Assembly: GCA_013375475.1 (NCBI GenBank)
Contig: JABXKD010000095.1
Location: 1-11,964, forward strand
Direction: 5' to 3'
DNA: 11,964 nt
DNA from: Promethearchaeota archaeon
GTDB taxonomy: Archaea > Asgardarchaeota > Lokiarchaeia > Sigyniarchaeales > SOKP01
This document shows positions 7,071 to 11,964 of the stretch, piece by piece. Position numbers and translations under genes: made by a program. The notes under the pieces are model-generated. The model ran no database searches and had not been told where the DNA came from. It saw only the letters and a list, made by a program, of their open reading frames with translations. Within the stretch, counting starts at the first letter, position 1. Every line of letters begins with the position of its first letter.

Positions 7071-7409
7071 TTGGGTAGATATTGGAAAAAAATAGAAGCT
7101 GATCTTTTAAGTTCGCCAGAAGAAACGATGGGTTTTTCCCGAGAGTTCTCATCGTTACAAAATTTTACAATTAAGAAATACGACTTCTCCTCGCTTGAGC
7201 AAGTCGAAGAAATCAAAAAGGAACTCTTAGGAAAAAGAATTCTAATACTTAATGCAGCAGATATATTAAAAAATATCGACATCACTAAACTTAAAAGAGG
7301 AATAGAAGATTTAAAATCATTTTTAAGAGAAAATGGTGGTTCTATGGCGCGACTTGGTGACCAATATTTAATCTTAACACCAAATTCTTGCGTAAAAATT
7401 TCCAATTAA
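7071..7409 (+). CDS. sepF: Archaeal-type SepF family cell division protein
   Basis: IKKYDFSSLEQVEEIKKELLGKRILILN...LKRGIEDLKSFLRENGGSMARLGDQYLILTP..VKI fits the archaeal SepF core. Short basic/aromatic N-terminus MGRYWKKI; TTG start with GGTG RBS 5 nt upstream. Confidence 0.78.
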   Translation: MGRYWKKIEADLLSSPEETMGFSREFSSLQNFTIKKYDFSSLEQVEEIKKELLGKRILILNAADILKNIDITKLKRGIEDLKSFLRENGGSMARLGDQYLILTPNSCVKISN

Positions 7410-7427
7410 AAATTAAGAGAAAATAAA

Positions 7428-7664
7428 TTAAACTTCATAAATATAATACTTTTTCCAGAAATTTTTGACTAAGCTATAGTATTCATTGTTAGAGAACGCT
7501 TTTCCTCTAATACGCGCTTGCCAGATAGCATTTTTTAATTGATTCTCAAACAAAGAAGTGACATTTTCATTATGACGCTTAATTTCAGGTTTAATATTGG
7601 CAAAATTGGCCATTACTTGTATAATTTTTTTCTCGTTCTGGAATTCTTGGTTAATTTGAATCAT
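7428..7664 (-). CDS. Small hypothetical protein (78 aa, MIQINQEFQNEKK...)
   Basis: GGAGGGTGA RBS 4 nt before ATG 7664 (the ORF-track TTG 7679 overlaps the RBS). The diverged second copy of its first 14 codons differs only by two synonymous AAC/AAT changes, which supports coding status. Confidence 0.7.
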   Translation of the reverse strand: MIQINQEFQNEKKIIQVMANFANIKPEIKRHNENVTSLFENQLKNAIWQARIRGKAFSNNEYYSLVKNFWKKYYIYEV

Positions 7665-7779
7665 TATTTCACCCTCCAATTTATTCTTAATTATAATTAT
7701 TACATGAATCCAAATATAGTTTTTTTTGGAGAACTTTGATTGGAGTCTTGGACAAATGATAAACTAAAGATAATTATTT
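7623..7779. repeat. Copy 1 of a ~157-bp diverged direct repeat (upstream region plus 5' end of the 78-aa gene)
   Basis: Manual alignment to 11807-11964 shows 21 mismatches and 1 gap in 158 columns (~86%). Confidence 0.95.
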
Positions 7780-7833
7780 ATAACAAAGAAAGCTAAATAT
7801 GTCATTATAAAAATAGATAAGTAAGGTGGATAA

Positions 7834-8694
7834 ATGGAAACTCGAATTTTTGGAAAAACCGGAGCTAAGATTACGTTTATTACAATGGGAGGATGTGCAT
7901 TAGGATATGTTGACCAAAAAGAAGCGGATAAGGCTATAAAACTAGCAATGGATCATGGAATAAACATGATAGATGTCGCTCCAACCTACGGTAACGCAGA
8001 AATGCGCCTCAATCCTTGGATAGAAAAGTATAGAAACAAATTCTTTCTATCAGAAAAAACCTTGAAGAGAAAAAAAAATGGGGCGTGGAGACAACTCAAT
8101 AAATCTTTAGAAAGACTTGGCACTTCGTATTTTGATCTATATCAGTTTCACGCTGTTTCTTCTATGGAGGAGTTAGAGCAGATCTTAGGGGAGAATGGAG
8201 CTATGGAGGCTTTTAAAGAAGCTAAAGAAACTGATTTAATTAAACATATTGGTATTACAGCACATGACGATGTAAGAGTACTCCAGAGAGCTCTCGAGTT
8301 ATCTGATGATATTGATACAGTTTTACTACCGGTTTATGTAGCTGCAATTGTAAAGCCTAGTCCCGTTAATGATTTTAAGAAGATTTTAGAAATTACACGG
8401 GAGAAAAATGTTGGTGTTACCGCTATTAAAGCCATCTCTAAGGGCCGGTGGCATGGAGATGCTACTTATAAAACTTGGTACAATCCTCTAACGTCCCAAG
8501 AATTAATAGATAAAGCCGTTTGGTTTACATTGTCTCAAGAAGGAGTTACAACATACTCATTACCATGTGATGTGAGGTTATGGCCGTTAGTGTTGGATGC
8601 CGCTTCGCGATACAAAAAACTTGACGAACAAGAACAAGAACAGATCGTTAAGATGATTAGGGAAAATAAAGTAAAACCGCTTTTTCCTGAGTAA
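7834..8694 (+). CDS. Aldo/keto reductase family oxidoreductase
   Basis: METRIFGKTG, GINMIDVAPTYGNAE (Asp/Tyr), SEKT (Lys), SLERLGTSYFDLYQFH (His), IKHIGITAH; AGGTGG RBS. Confidence 0.95.
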   Translation: METRIFGKTGAKITFITMGGCALGYVDQKEADKAIKLAMDHGINMIDVAPTYGNAEMRLNPWIEKYRNKFFLSEKTLKRKKNGAWRQLNKSLERLGTSYFDLYQFHAVSSMEELEQILGENGAMEAFKEAKETDLIKHIGITAHDDVRVLQRALELSDDIDTVLLPVYVAAIVKPSPVNDFKKILEITREKNVGVTAIKAISKGRWHGDATYKTWYNPLTSQELIDKAVWFTLSQEGVTTYSLPCDVRLWPLVLDAASRYKKLDEQEQEQIVKMIRENKVKPLFPE

Positions 8695-8869
8695 ACAAAT
8701 AAGAATTCAAAACATCATTTTTCTTTTATAATTTTACCCCGTTAAAATATTCAGGGATTATAATTATTAGCTTAAATGCAGTAAATTCTTCCAAGAATCA
8801 GAAAAGTTAAAAATATAAAGATTTCTTGTTTTATACTTCCTATCTATAATTTCATTAATTTCAATAAAA

Positions 8870-9994
8870 ATGTCTACTAATAAGTTAAGAATTGGAGTTA
8901 TAGGATGTGGAACTGTTGCTAATATTGGTCATTTACCAATATACCATAAATCTCCACTCACAGAACTGGTAGCGGTTTCTGATCCTATGGAATCTCACCT
9001 TAAACATGTTCAAGAACGTTATAACATTCCTAAGGGATATAAGAATCCAGAAGATCTGCTAAATGATCCTAATATCGATGCTATTAGCATATGTTCACCT
9101 CATTGGGCTCATGCAGGACAAGTAATCAGAGCTGCTGAAAATGGAAAACACATTTTATGTGAAAAACCTATTGGAATAACCTTAGAAGAAGTAGGCAATA
9201 TGAAGCGAGCCATAGAGAAAAACGGGGTTATTTTTCAAACGGCAACTCAAAAAAGGTTTGATTTAGGATTCCAATTCCTCAAAGAAAAAATATTAGAAAA
9301 AGAAATTGGTAATATTTTTCATACAGCAATCTCATGGTACCATTCCATGCCCGATCTTGGACTTAATCCAAGTCAAGATATAATTCAAGAAGCAGGATTA
9401 TGGAGAATGACTAATGAAAAATGTGGAGGTGGCGATTTATTAGATCATGGACCACATTATTTTGATTTATTTCGGTGGTGGTTTGGAGATGTAAAAAGTG
9501 TTAGTGCTCAGATAAGGAGGATAAATCAGAATCGCCTTAATGAAGATCATTGTACTGTTCTCCTGTCTTTTAGAGAGAGTGATATCATTGCAGTATTCGA
9601 GCGATCTGAAGCTTTTATTGGTAGTCTTTATGGAGAGGAAATTGGGAGAATTCATGGAACAACGGGAACTTATTTTTTCGATGTCCCTCATGAGTACTTC
9701 TTAAAACCAATGACGATTAAAAAACGTTTTAGAAAAACCAAGACGAGCAAACTCTTGGAAGTTGAAACAACATTCCCTAAGGATCGTTGGAATATATCAT
9801 ATGCTCGAGAGGTTCGTAGTTTTATTAATCAAGTCCTAGGACGCTCAAATGAGGATGTCGGGTTTCCCGAAGAATGGATACCCACCATAAAAGATGGGAG
9901 AGCTGGTTTAGAAATCGTTTTAGCTTCATATGAATCGCAACGAACCCAAAACACTATTCAATTACCTATAAAAGATTATAAACATGAGGATTGA
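8870..9994 (+). CDS. Gfo/Idh/MocA family NAD(P)-dependent oxidoreductase
   Basis: IGVIGCGTVA Rossmann motif, AAENGKHILCEKP, GGGDLLDHGPH. Confidence 0.95.
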   Translation: MSTNKLRIGVIGCGTVANIGHLPIYHKSPLTELVAVSDPMESHLKHVQERYNIPKGYKNPEDLLNDPNIDAISICSPHWAHAGQVIRAAENGKHILCEKPIGITLEEVGNMKRAIEKNGVIFQTATQKRFDLGFQFLKEKILEKEIGNIFHTAISWYHSMPDLGLNPSQDIIQEAGLWRMTNEKCGGGDLLDHGPHYFDLFRWWFGDVKSVSAQIRRINQNRLNEDHCTVLLSFRESDIIAVFERSEAFIGSLYGEEIGRIHGTTGTYFFDVPHEYFLKPMTIKKRFRKTKTSKLLEVETTFPKDRWNISYAREVRSFINQVLGRSNEDVGFPEEWIPTIKDGRAGLEIVLASYESQRTQNTIQLPIKDYKHED

Positions 9995-9996
9995 TA

Positions 9997-11277
9997 ATGA
10001 TTAGAAAGTTGAATGATTTGGAATACCTGAATTTTTCCTTAGGACAACCTTACAATATAGTTATTGTACTCCGTGTAAATTGTGCTATCTCTACAGACGA
10101 GCTAAAAAAGGTTTTAAGGAAAGCTCAAAAAAAACATCCTTTTTTAAAAGTTCGAATCCAAGCTGATGATAAGGACATATTCTGGTTCACATCAAAAGGT
10201 GTAAAGGAAATTCCAATCGAACATGCTGAATATATAAGCGATGATCAAACCAATATATTTTTTCTTAAAAATTTAGAAACAAATTTTAATATAAAAGATC
10301 TTAACTTACCTCTTTTCCGCATAACTCTTATTACTTCGTTAGAACATACTGACATTATTCTCTGTGCTCAACACACCATTTCTGATGGTTTATCAATGGT
10401 TCTTTTAACCAGAGATCTTATTGATTTTCTAAATAATCCTGATATAGATGTTGAATCATTAGATACCCCATTAAAAAAAGATGATATTTTTTCTCCAAAA
10501 ATCAGAAAGAGAATCCCCAACAAAGCTTTTCTTACCAAAGCGTTTTTTTCTTTACTCCGAATATATTATTTTCTTAAATTTGGTAAAAAAAAGAAAGAAA
10601 ATCTTCATGATACTGATTATATAAAAGATGATCTTAGGTTAATTTTATGGAATTTATCTATAGATGAAACTGATCTATTTATTCAACTGTGTAAACAGAA
10701 TAAAGTTTCGGTACATAGTGCAATTAGTAGCTTATTTCTACCAGAATTTTCCACTATAAATAACCCCGTGAATCTTAGGAATAGATTAAATTATCCAATT
10801 GGAGAAGCTTTCGGTTTATACGCTAGTGGGGCAGTAGTGAAGATGAAATATAAAGAAAACCAAGATTTTTGGGTTAATGCAAATCATTATCAAAGTAAGC
10901 TACTCCATTCCTTACGAGACAAAAATATCTACAAGATTCATAAAATGGTTCACATAGGGGTTCCCATCGAACTTCTAAAAGAATTATCACCAATTTTTTT
11001 AGAAATAGCTAGTAATCAAGAAGCGTTTGGTATAACTAATTTAGGTTCTTTAGATCGCATGGGTATTGAGTTCGATTCTAATAAATTTTCGGTTGAATCT
11101 TTTTATGGAGCACTCTCCTTCCCAATTGGAGCCATTACCGTGCTTGTATTCACCATGAAAGGTCAATTGCATTTCAATCTTCACTATCTTGAATCACACC
11201 ATGATGCTCAAAGGATAGAAAAAATTGTAGAAAACACAAAAAACAGAATTAGGGATTTACTAGCTGAAATGAAATAA
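9997..11277 (+). CDS. Stand-alone condensation-domain / PapA5-alcohol acyltransferase-like CoA-dependent acyltransferase
   Basis: RKLNDLE N-terminus, KHPFLKVRI, PLFRITL, QHTISDG (HxxxDG motif), NPVNLRNRL, ITNLG. ATG 9997 follows GAGGA and lies 2 nt after the upstream stop (ORF track starts at TTG 9991). Confidence 0.85.
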   Translation: MIRKLNDLEYLNFSLGQPYNIVIVLRVNCAISTDELKKVLRKAQKKHPFLKVRIQADDKDIFWFTSKGVKEIPIEHAEYISDDQTNIFFLKNLETNFNIKDLNLPLFRITLITSLEHTDIILCAQHTISDGLSMVLLTRDLIDFLNNPDIDVESLDTPLKKDDIFSPKIRKRIPNKAFLTKAFFSLLRIYYFLKFGKKKKENLHDTDYIKDDLRLILWNLSIDETDLFIQLCKQNKVSVHSAISSLFLPEFSTINNPVNLRNRLNYPIGEAFGLYASGAVVKMKYKENQDFWVNANHYQSKLLHSLRDKNIYKIHKMVHIGVPIELLKELSPIFLEIASNQEAFGITNLGSLDRMGIEFDSNKFSVESFYGALSFPIGAITVLVFTMKGQLHFNLHYLESHHDAQRIEKIVENTKNRIRDLLAEMK

Positions 11278-11321
11278 ATCATTATTATTATAAAACACTG
11301 TAAAATTACCTTTAAAGGAAT

Positions 11322-11807
11322 TTAAACCATAGTATGTTCCGTTCTAGAAATAACCTCATCTTGAATCTCTTTTCCTAAGTCAGTAAAATAAGCGGAATAT
11401 CCTCCTACTTTAACAACGATATTTCTATACGGTTCTGGGTTTTGCTGGGCAGCTTTTAGTACTTCTGTAGACACAACAGTAGGTTGAAGCTGTTGACCTC
11501 CTAAACTAAAGTAAGTTTTTATCAGAGAAATCCATTTTTTTCTAGTATCTATTGTTTTTCCAACCCCAGATGGATGCATTCGTATGTTAACTGCACAACC
11601 ACATACATGCTGAAAATCAAGAGCTGCTACTGATCGTATGACACCTGTTGGTCCATTCTCCTCAACATTGTATGGATTACAACTTGCTGCAAATGGCTTT
11701 CCTGCAAGTCTACCATCTGGTGTTGCGATACCTATTCGTTCATCGTACGTGTGAGAAGTCATAGATATAATAAAAGGAGCCAATAAGGAATAAGTTGTTC
11801 CAATAGA
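11322..11807 (-). pseudogene. C-terminal fragment of a glycyl radical enzyme (pyruvate formate-lyase superfamily), 5'-truncated
   Basis: ATPDGRLAGKPFA, NGPTGVIRSV, YFSLGGQQLQPTVVS, AAQQNPEPYRNIVVKVGGYSAYFTDL...QDEVISRT (glycyl radical loop). The frame is closed upstream by TGA at 11819-11817. Only ~160 aa are present, versus roughly 800 for a full enzyme; no Cys loop and no activase in the window. Confidence 0.85.
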
Positions 11808-11848
11808 ATTTTTTTCTCATTCTGGAATTCTTGATTAATTTGAATCAT
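11759..11848 (-). other. Chimeric 29-aa micro-ORF: first 14 codons of the 78-aa gene paralog reading out of frame into the glycyl-radical fragment
   Basis: GGAGGGTGA RBS, ATG 11848, MIQINQEFQNEKKI|LLEQLIPYWLLLLYL, TGA 11761-11759. Confidence 0.5.
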
Positions 11849-11964
11849 TATTTCACCCTCCAATATTATTCTTAAGTAATATTATAACGCGAATCCAAAT
11901 ATAGTTTGCTCGAATGAACTTTAATTGGAGTCTTAGATATATATTAAACTAAAGATAATTATTT
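11807..11964. repeat. Copy 2 of the diverged direct repeat, running to the window edge
   Basis: ~86% identical to 7623-7779; homology stops abruptly at 11807 next to the T7 run (11809-11815). Confidence 0.95.

Noticed and set aside
7043-7405. 120-aa - strand ORF
   Set aside because: Antisense mirror of the sepF-like gene, which has family motifs and an RBS.
7539-7739. 66-aa + strand ORF
   Set aside because: Overlaps the 78-aa gene in antisense; the repeat's synonymous changes and the RBS support the minus-strand frame.
9467-9691. 74-aa - strand ORF
   Set aside because: Antisense shadow inside the Gfo/Idh/MocA gene.
7623-11964. Direct repeats as att sites or mobile-element boundaries around AKR-Gfo-acyltransferase-GRE
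   Set aside because: No integrase, transposase or tRNA; the copies are only ~86% identical and correspond to a gene's promoter and 5' end.

Overview
AT-rich window that looks archaeal. Evidence: GGAGGTGA/GAGGTG-type ribosome-binding sites, TTTATATA-type boxes and an archaeal-type SepF. A Lokiarchaeia/Asgard origin is an inference only. Genes, left to right: 5'-open ORF ending in an MFS transporter C-terminal half; nitroreductase (-); frameshifted SAM-methyltransferase remnant missing from the ORF track; four-gene (-) operon DUF35 / ltp4-like / ltp3-like / DUF35 whose thiolase-fold proteins lack the catalytic Cys and resemble the actinobacterial steroid side-chain aldol-lyase pair; divergent nitronate monooxygenase/FabK-family flavoenzyme behind a palindrome-rich control region; sepF-like gene preceded by a candidate structured RNA; 78-aa hypothetical gene; aldo/keto reductase; Gfo/Idh/MocA oxidoreductase coupled to a PapA5-like acyltransferase; C-terminal glycyl-radical-enzyme fragment. 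That last fragment is joined, one base out of frame, to a diverged (~86%) copy of the promoter and first 14 codons of the 78-aa gene. Both window ends show an apparent chimeric junction at an A-run about 150 bp from the edge, so assembly artefact must be excluded. Family calls come from remembered motifs, not database searches.
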